In this document: positions 35,626 through 47,589 of the stretch, piece by piece
Numbering within the stretch: the stretch's first letter is position 1
Layout: each line of letters begins with the position of its first letter
Source: Mustelus asterias
Taxonomy: Eukaryota
DNA: 64,000 nt
Direction: 5' to 3'
Assembly: GCF_964213995.1 (NCBI RefSeq)
Contig: NW_027590156.1
Location: 1 to 64,000 of the forward strand
Position numbers and translations under genes: made by a program
Notes under the pieces: model-generated
Database searches by the model: none
Seen by the model: the letters and a program-made list of their open reading frames with translations, nothing else
What the model was told of the DNA's origin: nothing

Positions 35626-36178
35626 CTACGTAAAAAATCTGCCTCGTACATCTCCTTCAAACCTTGCCCCACGCACCTTAAACAGATATACCCTAGTAAT
35701 TGACTCTTCCGCCCTGGGAAAAAGCTTGTGACTATCCACTCTGTCCATGCCTTTCACAATCTTGTAGACTTCGATCAGGTCTCCCCTCAACCTCCGTCGC
35801 TCCAGTGAGAACAAACCAAGTTTGTCCAATCTCTCCTCGTAGCAAATACTCTCCATACCAGGCAACATCCTGGTTAATCTTTTCTTTACCCTCTCCAAAG
35901 CCTCCACATCCTTCTGGTAGTGTGGCGAACAAATTTAAATATTATATTCCAAGTGCGGCCTAACTAAGGTTCTATAAAGTTGCAACATGACTTGCCAATT
36001 TTTAAACTCAATGCCCCGGCCGATAAAGGCAAGCATGCCGTATGCCTTCTTGACTACCTTCTCCGCCTGCATTGCCACTTTCAGTGACCTGTATACCTGT
36101 ACACCCAGATCCCTTTGCCTATCAATACTCTTAAGGGTGCTGCCATTTACTGTATATTTCCTATCTGTATTAGATCTT
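35626..36178 (-). mobile_element. CR1 fragment
   Basis: VVKKAYGMLAFI...LVRPHLEY...LERRRLRGDLIEVYKI. Confidence 0.92.
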
Positions 36179-37080
36179 CGTTGCTGAACATTATCCGAAT
36201 CTTGATATTGCAGCCATATGATCTTTGCTCTGACCTCGGCCTCAAATGATTTCTGTAAAATAAGAATGTTGATAGCTTTTTGACGAACTGACAGGAAAGA
36301 AACCTTTCGATTTTGACACTGTGCACATATTCGCATCACGTTCAGTCTACAACAGAATGTAAAGAGTTTATAGGTGCAGATTAACGTAGCTAATCACCAT
36401 CTGGAACTTTTTGAATAGTAGTATGTGCTCCAGGGGACTGACACAAGTGATACGGTAAGTGAACTATAGGAAATGGCGCATATTTCCCAGAAGAATCTTT
36501 TTTTTAATCGTTCTTCAAAACAAAGAAATAGGAAAAAAAACAATCAGACAAATGAGGAAATCGAGACTCAGTGCGGATCTACTGAACTTTCATTTAAATG
36601 GCCGGAATTTATGCGCCTGAATGTTTCACACCCAAAAAAGAAAAGACTCAAGTGTCAATAACAGATAATTCTTCAATCTCGTCTATTTAAATGTAGTTCA
36701 CTTTGTTTAAATGTAGTTCGCTATGGTCAATCTCATAATTGTGCTCTGTATTCCCCGGTGACTCGATTCCTGTTGGTCAGTTATATTTACAATTCTATGA
36801 TATTCAATTTCAGAGATATTCAATTCATAATGAAGACATATGTGTTAAATAATGCATTGAGACTAAATATTGAAACAAATGCTGAGTACAATTGTACAAT
36901 GAACGTTGTTGAAGTGTCATCTGGACTCGAAACGTCAGCTCCTTTCTCTTCTTACAGGTGCTGTCAGACGTTGTGAGATTTTCCAGCATTTTTTCGTTTG
37001 GTTTCCGATTCCAGTATCCGCAGTAATTTGCTTTTATTGCTGAGTACAATTGGTTGAGATTATTCGAAGGAAGATGAGAA

Positions 37081-37800
37081 TAAAGAACAAAGAACAAAGA
37101 ACAATACAGCACAGGAACTAGCCCAAGCCCGTGCTGCTCCCTGGTCCAAACTAGACCATTCTTTTGTATCCCTCCATTCCAACTCCGTTCATGTGCCTAT
37201 CTAGATAAGTCTTAAACGTTCCCAGTGTGTCCGCCTCCACCACCTTGCCTGGCAGCGCATTCCAGGCCCCCACCACCCTCTGTGTAAAATATGTCCTTCT
37301 GATATCTGTGTTAAACCTCCCCCCGTTCACTTTGAACCCATGACCCCTCGTGAACGTCACCACCGACCTGGGGAAAAGCTTCCCACCGTTCATCCTATCT
37401 ATGCCTTTCATAATTTTCTACACCTCTATTAAGTCTCCCCTCATCCTCCGTCTTTCCAGGGAGAACAACCCCAGTTTACCCAATCTCTCCTCATAACTAA
37501 GCCCCTCCATACCAGGTCAACCTCCTCTGTACTCTCTCCAAAGCCTCCACGTCCTTCTGGTAGTGTGGCGACCAGAACTGGACGCAGTATTCCAAATGCG
37601 GCCGAACCAACGTTCTATACATCTGCAACATCAGACCCCAACCTTATACTCTATGCCCCGTCCTATAAAGGCAAGCATGCCATATGCCTTATTCACTACC
37701 TTCTCCACCTGTGACGTCACCTTCAAGGATCTGTGGACTTGCACACCCAGGTCCCTCTGCGTATCTACACCCTTTATGGTTCTGCCATTTATCGTATAGC
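37081..37800 (-). mobile_element. CR1 3' fragment
   Basis: (AAAGAAC)n tail; FTQRVVGAWNALP. Confidence 0.92.
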
Positions 37801-38021
37801 TATAGAATGATGCATTAATGAAAGGCTAGAAATCATTGTTCACTTAGATATTTGCCAGAAGAACGCTTTTAAATTTTGATGTTCAAGATAAGTTGAGCAA
37901 TCAGATTGAAAGCAACGGTTATCTTCCTGAATTAAGAAGCATGGGCTCTCAGTCTGACCATTGGAACCTGCAGCTGTTGAACATTGCGGACAGTCCGATT
38001 TGCTGCAGTTTGCGTCCAGCT

Positions 38022-38093
38022 GTTTCTCCAGTGTAGTGGTTATTATGTTCGTCTGACACGCGGAAAGATCCTGGTTCGAAACGGAGCAGAAAC
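38022..38093 (+). pseudogene. tRNA-Val pseudogene (anticodon now GAC)
   Basis: GTTTCTCCAGTGTAGTGGTTATTATGTTCGTCTGACACGCGG...GGTTCGAAAC. Confidence 0.7.
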
Positions 38094-39164
38094 ATTCATT
38101 AAGCTTTCTCATGTCGCGTGAAGGAAAATTGCATGATTTCAGTTCGTTTCTCAACATTATCTGAACCTCAATATTACAGGCATATTATTGTTGCTCTGAC
38201 ATCAGCCTCCAATGTTTTCTGTAAAATAAGAAATGCTGACTTTTTTTTGATGCACTGACAAGAATGAAACGTTTCTAATCGTAGTGTCTGCTCCAGAAGA
38301 CTGACACAAGTGATATTGTAAGTGATCTATCAGAAATGGCGTTCATTTCCCAGACGATTCTTTTAAAAAATCGTTCTTCACAAAAAAGAAATAGAAAAAA
38401 AAACACTCAAACAAATGAGAGAATCGGGACTCAGTGCAGATCTTCTGGACCTTCCTATAAATGGCCGGAATTTATGCGCCTGAATATTTCACGCCCATAA
38501 TAAAAAAAGGCCACGAACAGTTAATTCTTGAATCACTTCCATTTAAAACGTAGTTGACTTTGTTTAAAAGCTGGTTATGATCAACCTCAAAATTGCGATC
38601 TGTATTACCCGGTGATTCGATTCGTTCTGTTGGTCAGTTATGTTTGCAATTTCAGTGATATTCAATTCCAGAGATATTCAATTCATAATGAAGACATATG
38701 TGTTAAATAATGCATTGATACTAAATATTGAATAATAAAACAAATACTGAGTCCAAGTGCTCAATGAGCTTTCACAAAATGTCATCTGGACTCGAAAGGT
38801 CAGCCCTTTTCTCTCCTAACAGGAGCTGTCAGACATTGCGAGATTTTCCAGCATTTTCTCTTTTGGTTTCCGATTCCAGCATCCGCAGTAATTTACTTTT
38901 TGATTACAATTTGTTGAGATTATTCGAAGGAAGATGAAAATGATGCATTAATGAATGGGCAGAAATCAATGCTCACTTAGATATTTGCCAAACGAAAGCT
39001 TTTAAATTTTGATGTTCAAGATAAGCTCTGAAATCAGGTTAAAAGTACCGGTTTTCTTCTTGAATTCAGTGACATGGGCTCTCAGTCTATCCATTGGAAC
39101 CTGGAGCAACGCAGCGCAGTTGGACATTGCAGACAGGCCGATTAGCTAAAATATGCTGTCAGCT

Positions 39165-39237
39165 GTTCATGTAATGTCATGGTTATCGCGTTCGCCTCAC
39201 ACGTGAAAGATCCCCGGATCAAAACCCGGAAGAAGCA
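39165..39237 (+). pseudogene. tRNA-Val(CAC) pseudogene
   Basis: GGTTATCGCGTTCGCCTCACACGTGAAAGATCCCCGG. Confidence 0.7.
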
Positions 39238-39288
39238 CTTTTGGACCATTCTTATTCAGGGAGTGCGAAGCCTGCATGGTTTAACTTC

Positions 39289-39600
39289 CTAGAATCATGC
39301 AGTGAAGAGGGAGGCCATTCGGCCCATCGAGACTGCACCGAAAACAATCCCACCCAGGCCCTATCCCCATGACCCCATGTATTTACCTACCTCGCCCCCT
39401 GGCACTAAGGGGAAATTTAGCATGGCCTATCCACCTCGCCTGCACATCTTTGGACTGTGGGAGGAAACCAGGACCCGGGGAACACGGGTAGAACGTGCAA
39501 ACTCAACACAGACAGTGACCCAAGCCTTGAGTCGAACCCAGGTGTCTGTGAGGCCGCAGTGCTAACCAATGTGTCACTGTGCCGTCCCACTGTGCCACCA
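39289..39600 (-). mobile_element. Diverged V-SINE
   Basis: Head, core and tail recognisable. Confidence 0.8.
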
Positions 39601-40999
39601 TCATTGCTCACCATTATGTGAATCTCGATGTTACATCAACTCAAATGCTTTTCGGAAAATCGGACCTTACATTAATTCAACTGCCTTTAGGAAAATCAGA
39701 AATGCTGTTATTTAGGATGCAATGGCAGGAAATAAATGTTTGTCTTGTTTGTACATATATTCGCAACTCGTTCAGTCCGCAACAAAATTTAATGCGTTTA
39801 CCGGTGCAGACTAACAGATTTAAACACCATCTGAAACATGTCGACCAGTAATGCGGGCTCATAAAGACAGACACAAGTAAAACTGTAACTGAGCTAGAGG
39901 AAATGACACACATTGCTTCGAAGCTTGTTTTTAAAATTGTTCTTCCGAATAAAGAAATAGGAAAAACCACTCAGACAGATGAGGAAATCGAGGATCAGTG
40001 CGGAACTGCTGGGCCTCCTGTCGATGAAAGAGATTTAAGTGCCAGAATGTTTCACACACCGAATAAAGAAGGATCACGTATAACTAACAGATCATTCTTA
40101 AATCTCTTCCCTTGAAAGATATTTGCTTTTGTTTGAAAGCTGACTGTGGTCAATTTCAAAAAGTACCATGGGATGTGTATTTCCCAGTGACTCGCGCTCT
40201 TTTGTTGATTAGCCATGCTTGCAATTCAATGTTGTCTATTTCAGAGATATTCAATTCAGAATGAGGACATTTGTGTTAAATAAATGTATTGAAGTTAAAG
40301 GTTGAATCAAAAGAACCGGGAAGATACAATGTGATGGGATGGGATTTATTTTCTCCGCCCATTTGCATATCGGCAAATATTCACTTTCTGCAAAAAGATG
40401 CCATGATTTTCGGTAAGCGATCAGAGAGCGCCCTCCGTGGACAGTCCAACAGCATTGGAAACAGACGGAATACCAAGAGCCCACAAATGTACACTCAGAG
40501 ACATATCCAGTGCAGCTACAACATTGGACAAGAGGAATCATCCGCTCAACATCCACACTGTTGGCACCCCTTCGCGTTTTAAAGCTTTCAGTCAATTTGC
40601 CTCTTACTCTTCTGAACTCCCGTGGATACAAACCTGGCGTCAACATCCTTTCCTCATCAGATCACCCGCTCAGAGCTGGTGATGGTTTCGTAAAACTCCT
40701 CTGAACTTTTTCTCATGCATTAACATATTTCTTAAGATAAGGAGACAAGTAGTGTGCACAATATTTGATATATATCCAATGCCCTCGCCAATGCCCAATT
40801 TTACGATCTATCCTTGTGTCGCCAGCAGATATAACATCCATATCTTCACTGCCTTCATCACTGCAGAAATCATCCCACTTTAATGCTTTTTGACAAATTC
40901 AGCCAGAATGTATTTGTTCAGATCAAATCGTTTTTCGTCAACTTGCTTGAGTTTAATGCTGAACAACAGAGATGGTTTGTGAGGGTATTTCTCTTAATG

Positions 41000-42130
41000 G
41001 GCGTCCAAAGGTCATGTGATATGGTGCTACATCACAGCTTGTGAGTAAATGTGGAGATCAGAGAATAAAATGGATAGGAGCAACACGGATAGGAAATTGG
41101 CTGAGTGCCAGGAAACAACTCATAGCTGTTTTTCGGACTGGAACAAAGTTTGCAGTGAAGGTGCCAGGAACAGGTTATATGACTCTTGATCTTCCCGGCA
41201 TAGTAATGGCCGAGAGCTTGGTATGGAGGTCAGACTTTCAAAATCTGTGTATAATGCAAAACATGGAAACATTGCCAACCATCAGAAGACCGAGCAGAAC
41301 TTCAGAACGAAAAAAAAACTAATTTGTGGAATTGTCCTGCAATTGGGAGATTTAATTGATTGCATGTAAAGTTACAATATAGTTTTGTTAAGCAGAATGT
41401 GAAGAGACAAAGGGAAATGATGAAAACGCTATGAATGTGGCGGTAAGACGCCGAGGGACCTGAGTGAATATGTGCATAGATCATTCATGGTGGAAGATAG
41501 TTTGAAAGAGCGGAAAAGAAAATAGTTAACAGTCTTTGTTGGGGAAAATAATACAGAAGCAAGGAAGTTATGCTAAATTTGTAAAAAGCACTGGAAAATA
41601 GTCAACTGAAAAATTGCGTCAAATTCTGGGCACCAAACGTAAGGAGAAATGTAAAGCCAATAGGCTGGATGCAGGGGGAAAATACGAGATTAGTTCCAGA
41701 GATCAGAAACTTCAGTTCCGAAAATATATTGGTGAGGTTCGGACTGATTTCCTTGACAGGAAGTTGCTGATGTGATCCCATTGAGGCCTTCAAAATCCTG
41801 AGGGGTCTTGACAGAGTAGATAGAGAGTAATTGTTCAATAGCAGATGGATTTTGTAACAGAGGGCGCGGGTTGAAGTTAATTGGTGAAAGAAGCATGGAG
41901 TCATAACGAAAAACATTTTCGGACAGTGACTGATTCAGACCTGCAATCTGCTGTTTCAGAGTACGGTTCAGGGAGCGCCAATTGATGGTTTCAAAATGGG
42001 ATTGGATTATTGTCTGGAATTGAAAAAAATGCTGGACTGTGGGCTATAGAGTGTTATTGGATGAATTGCTCCTTTAGAGGACCAGCACATACATGATGCT
42101 TCAAAATGGCCTTCTTCTCTCCTGTAAATA
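41000..42130 (+). mobile_element. Old, highly degenerate CR1 remnant
   Basis: RIGNWLSARKQ and AATTCTGGGCACCA motifs, collinear with CR1 ORF2. Confidence 0.6.
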
Positions 42131-42649
42131 GTCTATCAGTATGGAAAATGAAGTCAGTGGCAAAGTGGTAATATCACTGGGAGAGGATTTCTGAGGGGAG
42201 GCAATTTTCTCAAGGTATATGTTCAAATCTAACTGCAAAAGAACGTGGGTTTTAAAATGCAATTGCAATTTTGAATTTAAACCTCGTTCCGTAATTGCGG
42301 CCAATACAAGTAATATAGCAGATCCTCTAATGCCCAGCAGAAAAGGAAACCATCCATCATTTCCCAGTTTGGCCCATAGCTGACTCAAGGCCCACACGTG
42401 TTTGGCGTTTACATGACTTCTGTGATGATCTAGGAAACCAATGAATTCAGAGTACTCGCGATTGCCAAATTATGCTGGCCTGGCCAGCTGTGTATACACC
42501 CCATGAAAGAATAAGAAACAGCAACGAAAATCAGCATTTCATAACATCTGCAATAGCAAAGGACGTCCAGGAGATGGCAGTGAAACCGTGCTCTTTGGCA
42601 CGACGCGAAACAGAACGTCTCAGTTATTGCTGCAATAGATGCAGTCTTT

Positions 42650-43385
42650 ATCCATCCTAAACTAGACCCAGTTTATGTGACACAAAATCATATTTCTGAT
42701 TACGTGACAATAATTCTCAATTGATTCTATACTCAGCAAAATCCTAGTTGTCACTATACCGCACCAAGCCTCATTTGATATTACATTGCTGGAATCTGCA
42801 ACGTATAAAGAAACCTCGACGATACCTCAACCACTGCTGCACCAGTCCACCTCCCTCTTTATACCGAATAATATCCTGTCTCTAATTATTGTTCTATTTC
42901 ATGACTCGTTCATTGCTCTAATGTCCCTGTCAAATCTTTTATCAATCTGAAGCCTTAGTTTGAAATTATTGCATCAGCTTTGTCTCAGTTTATATCATAC
43001 AATGCCCAGATTCAGATTCAACAGTATTTGAACCGATTGAACAGGTGGAGTTTTATTGCGCTAGCTGCTGTGTCCTTTATTAATGCGCCAAACCATACCA
43101 CTGTTCATTTTACACATTATCCCCTCTCAATTATTGCTTTACTCTGCATTGCCTCACTTTTTATTCCACTGGGTCACATCTCTGTTTATATCACACGAGA
43201 TTATATCCCTATATTCTAATAGCGTCCATGTGAGATTACATTACACTAGAACCTGTCTCAGTTTAAATTATAGTACACATTGTCTCTGCTTACATTAGAA
43301 TAAACCTTGACTTTGTTACAGCTGCGTAATTCATTTTTCTGTCTATGTGAGAAAACATCACGCTGGTTAGTACTACGCTATACAA
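42650..43385. repeat. Degenerate satellite of about 26-27 bp (TCTCTGTTTATATTACACTGGACCCTG-like)
   Basis: Same motif family as 47590-49520 and 59490-61810. Confidence 0.55.
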
Positions 43386-44185
43386 ATTCCGGACAAATGT
43401 GAGGTAATGCATTTTGGAAGGTCTAATACAGATAGGACATTTACAGTAAATGGCAGAACCCTTAGGAGTATTGATAGGCCAAAGGGATCTGGGTGTACAG
43501 GTACACAGGTCACTGAAAGTGGCAAGGCGGGTGGAGAAGGTAGTCAAGAAGGCATACGGCATGCTTGCCTTCATCGGCCGGTGTATTGAGTTTAAAAATT
43601 GGCAAGTCATGTTGACGCTTTATAGAATCTTAGTGAGGCCGCACTTGGAATGTATGGTCAATTCTGGTCGCCACACTACCAGAAGGATGTGGAGGCTCTG
43701 GAGAGGGTACAGAAAAGATTTACCAGGATGTTGCCTGGTACGGAGGGCATTAGCTATGAGGAGAGGTTGGAGAAACTTGGTTTGTTCTCACTGGAGCGAC
43801 GGAGGTTGAGGGGAGACCTGATAGAAGTCTACAAGATTATAAGAGGCATGGACAGAGTGGATAGTCAGAAGCTTTTTCCCAGGGTGGAAGAGTCAATTAC
43901 TAGGGGGCATAGGTTATGGTGCGAGGGGCAAGTTTTAAAAGAGATGTACGAGGCAGATCTTTTACACAGAGAGTTGTGGGTGCCTGGAACTCGTTGCCGG
44001 GGAGGTAGTGGAAGCCGACACGGTAGTGACTTTTAAGGGGCGCCTAGGAAAGTACATGAATGAGATGGGAATAGAGGGATATGGTCTTCGGAAGCGTAGC
44101 GTGTTTTAGTTAAGTCGGGCAGATGGTCGGTGCAGGCTTGGAGGGCCGAAGTGCCTGTTCCTGTGCTGTAATTTTTCTTTGTTCT
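43385..44185 (+). mobile_element. CR1 3' fragment
   Basis: ORFs 43450-43809 and 43650-44036 with CR1 C-terminal motifs. Confidence 0.92.
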
Positions 44186-44705
44186 ATACCCGCTCTCAGT
44201 AAGCACTGAACTGGACCCAGTCTACATTCATATTAGTACAAGTGCTGTATCAATAATTGTTGCACTCGACACTGTCTCTGTATCACTGCACAAAACCCGT
44301 CCTTCGTTCATAATACAACAGATCGTATTCGATGGATTGGCTATGCAAAATTGCCTGTTATTGTCCATAGGGTATGTGGATTCGCCATGGTAAATGTGTG
44401 GGGCTAACGGGGACAGGGCAGAGGGGAGGGCCTGGGTGGGATGCAAACTCGGTGAGCCAGATGGTCTTTTTCTGAACTCTAGGGATTCTATGGTTCTATG
44501 TCTAAGAATTATCATATCATACCTTGCTTAGACATTCGAGTGCTTATTTCTTTTAAATATTCTTTTCTCCAATTACCCCCTTTGGAGCAATGATTTCTTT
44601 CAGCAATTTCCCTTCAGTTTTCCAAGTGATAACCTTCAGTCCATCTCTGCCTTCCATGAGTGTATGAAAACACCAGACAGTTCATGTATTTCAACTGAAG
44701 AACAT

Positions 44706-44830
44706 TTAATATGTAACTATTTATTGACAACCATTCTGCTGTGTGCTCTTGCACACAAAACGATTTCAATCTGACTATCTTGCTCCCAGCGTTGACTTAT
44801 CTGTCATTAAAAATCTGTTGGAAAATGGAT
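44706..44830 (-). pseudogene. Possible V-segment 3' relic with RSS-like signal
   Basis: FSNRF..DKSTLGAR*SD*NRFVC (DSxxYxC spacing), then CACAGCA + 22 bp + ACATATTAA. Confidence 0.3.
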
Positions 44831-44987
44831 AAATCACATCTCGAATGACGAGGAGATTACTGGAAATTGATCCTCTTCGTGTCTCACTAAAGTTCCTGAT
44901 TTTCGACTCAATTATGTGCTGATTTGTGAAAATGATGGCGGCAGGAGATAATTACACCTGTAATTCTCAGACTTCTTATTCCTATTA

Positions 44988-45190
44988 ATGCAAATGATTG
45001 AAACATCAGCTGCTCTCCAGAGATGGAGCAATATTTCTGTTTAACCGTTACATTCGCCAATTCCATGGTAACCATCCTAAATATGTTCTACTGTGTATAG
45101 GTTGTACAATCTCTGTAACACGATGAATCAGGATCAGGTATATTATGAGGGTGGATATAAACAGTGATATTGCCTGGTGAACATGGACAG
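44988..45190 (+). pseudogene. Possible V-segment 5' relic: octamer, leader and FR1
   Basis: ATGCAAAT at 44988; ATG 45023 MEQYFCLTVTFA..|gtaacc; then SVT....QVYYEGG.TVILP with frameshifts; the residual intron is only 33 nt. Confidence 0.35.
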
Positions 45191-47257
45191 TAGCTGTTCA
45201 AGATGGCAGCTCATCATCACTTTGTCAGGGGCAATTAGAGAAGGGCAACAGATGCCAGTGATGCCCACGTCCCATAAATGATTAAAAATTATGCGGTAAC
45301 AACAGAGACAGAATCTAATCTAATATAGACAGATATGCTGGCGCAATGATAACATAAACTGGCCGGGAGAGTCATGTAAATTAATGTATGAGATATATAG
45401 AATATGAGAGACAGAACATGATATAACATTTAAATAAACATTTTTTTCCGTGTGATCATTCTAGAAAAAAGTAAATTGTTCAATAACAACTGGCAGGTGT
45501 CAAACGTAGCAAAACCAGATATTGGTTCCAATTCACTGTTAACTGTTAAGGATTATTGCACTTTTCCGAAACAAGTTCGATCCAATGCTAATTTGTTCAA
45601 AGTGATGGCTTGTAAATAGAATTGAATAATTGAATTTCGGAATCGTTCCTGGCAAATGTCCACCTCCAACCCTCCCATACACGAATAAAAGTGTTCAAAA
45701 CACTGGCAAGGAGATAGAGAGAGAGAGAGACACCGGGAGAGTTAGGAGAAAGAAAAACGGGGTGCTGACAGATAAAAGCTGAAGAACAAAAAATAAATAG
45801 CAGATGGAGAGAAAATGATCGAACAATGCAAGATAAGAGCTATCATTTCGTTTCTTCACGAAACCTGGGAGAGCTCAGTGACTGATCCACTGACCATCCA
45901 GTTATGTCCTGGAATGGAAACTCTGAACAGATCACAACAGACTCATTTGTAAATGTCACCACAATGTGATCTGTGTGTCTCTGCCCTGGCTCTGTGGACA
46001 GATATAGGCCGCACTGACAGATGTTCTCGTCAGATTGTGGCCCCTGGATTTATTTTCTGCTCAGAAGTGAAATGTGTGGTTTGGAACTGGCAGCAAGAAT
46101 CAGGAAGTTATATTACCTGAGAATGAAACAAACGGGGCCAGTTTAATGTTATCACCGTGAACAGTCTTCCTGCCTGCGAGGGTGAACTCATTCTGAAAGC
46201 TTCAAGAACAGTCACAGAATTGCTGCCGGTCGCAGCATTACATTCACTTCGATTGCCATGTTAATGAATCAAGAAAATGATCATATTTGGGGTTTAGGTA
46301 GGTTAATTGAAAGGAAGACGGATTGAAGATTATCGCTGAGAGAAAAGAGGGAAAATTAAAGCAACATTTTTCCCCGCACAGGTGTTCTAAGATAGAAAGT
46401 TTAAGTGTGTTAGGTGTTGTGTGAGTGAAATCGAGGAGAGCGTATAAAAGAGTGAACTGGTCTGTTTCCGGCGCTGAATTTTCCTCTGTTGAGATTGTTG
46501 TGCTTCATCTTTTCAGTCACAAGTTGCCTTAAGCATGAAAGTTAAACATTTTTGAACGAGTAGCCAGATCCGGCTCATGGGTACCTGTGTAAGTGAGCTA
46601 AAGGAGGTTGAGAGAGAGAAGAGAGGTTTTCCGATTTAGGTATTGTCTGAGACAGAGAAAGAGAGGAGAGAAGTTCAATGAGTCATTTGAAAGATGCAAT
46701 GCCTTGGCAGTGGAATGGCCAGCTGTATATCACAATCAAGAACGTCCAGAGCAGTTCATTTACTTTAGGCATTGACTGAGGCAAAGAATGTGCAAGTAAA
46801 TACTGAACAAATTACCATAAAATGCTTAAAACTAATTGCAATTATTTACATAGGAGTTATGACTGGTACCTCACATTGTTATGGGCATAGGGTCCATTTC
46901 GGCCTTGTGTAACTGTCTGTGTGGTTTTTGCAAATTGTGTGCGTGGGTTTCCGCCAAGTTTACCACTTTCCTCCTGCAGTCCAAAGATGTGCAGGTTAGG
47001 AGGACTGGTCATGCTGAATTGTCCCTGAGCATTTGCAGTCCAACGTGGCATACGTTTATCGTATTCCTCAATTTCTTTTGAACAAGAGGATGTTACAAGA
47101 TTCATCCCAAGCTTTCAAGAAATTATTGCACACAATACGAGAGCAACTAGATAGGATGTGCAACACCGAATATTTATTAACAAGATGAAATGCATACTTC
47201 CAGCCCCTTTCATCCACACGAATACGTTTCATTTCTTCAGTTAGTATCTATTTATTC

Positions 47258-47540
47258 AAAGTTAATTTATTAGTCACATGTCGGCTTGCATTAGCACTGC
47301 AATGAAGCGGCTCTGAGAATCCCCCAGTCGCCACACTCTGGCAGCTGTTCGGGTACACTGAGGGAGAATTTAACATTCCCAATGCACCTAACTAGCACAG
47401 CTTTGGAATGTGGAAGGAAACCGACACAGACGCAGGGAGAACGTACAAACTCCACACATATAGTGACCAAGCCAGGAATCGAACTCGAGTCCCCAGCACT
47501 GTGAGGCAGCAGTGCTAACCACTGCTCACCACTGCGCCAT
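47258..47540 (-). mobile_element. V-SINE, AATAAA-tail subfamily
   Basis: Homologous to 55800-56070 and 61327-61608. Confidence 0.8.
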
Positions 47541-47589
47541 CCAGCTAGCTTGGTCTTCCTCTTTTTCCATCCATCAGACGCATTTTATA

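Larger units (their letters stand above)
33740..40300 (+). repeat. Tandem array of roughly 1.1-1.3 kb units, each carrying a tRNA-Val pseudogene and interrupted by TEs
   Basis: Homologous spacer blocks (GCTGAACATTATCCGAATCT..., GACACAAGTGATAC..., CAGAGATATTCAATTCATAATGAAGACAT) recur 4-5 times. Confidence 0.85.

Noticed and set aside
45945-46040. Minus-strand NLTRTSVSAAYIC resembling a V 3' end
   Set aside because: Asp of DxAxY is missing and no heptamer/nonamer pair has a 12 or 23 spacing
46075-46120. J-segment-like WFGTGSK
   Set aside because: No credible RSS and no splice donor at the expected position
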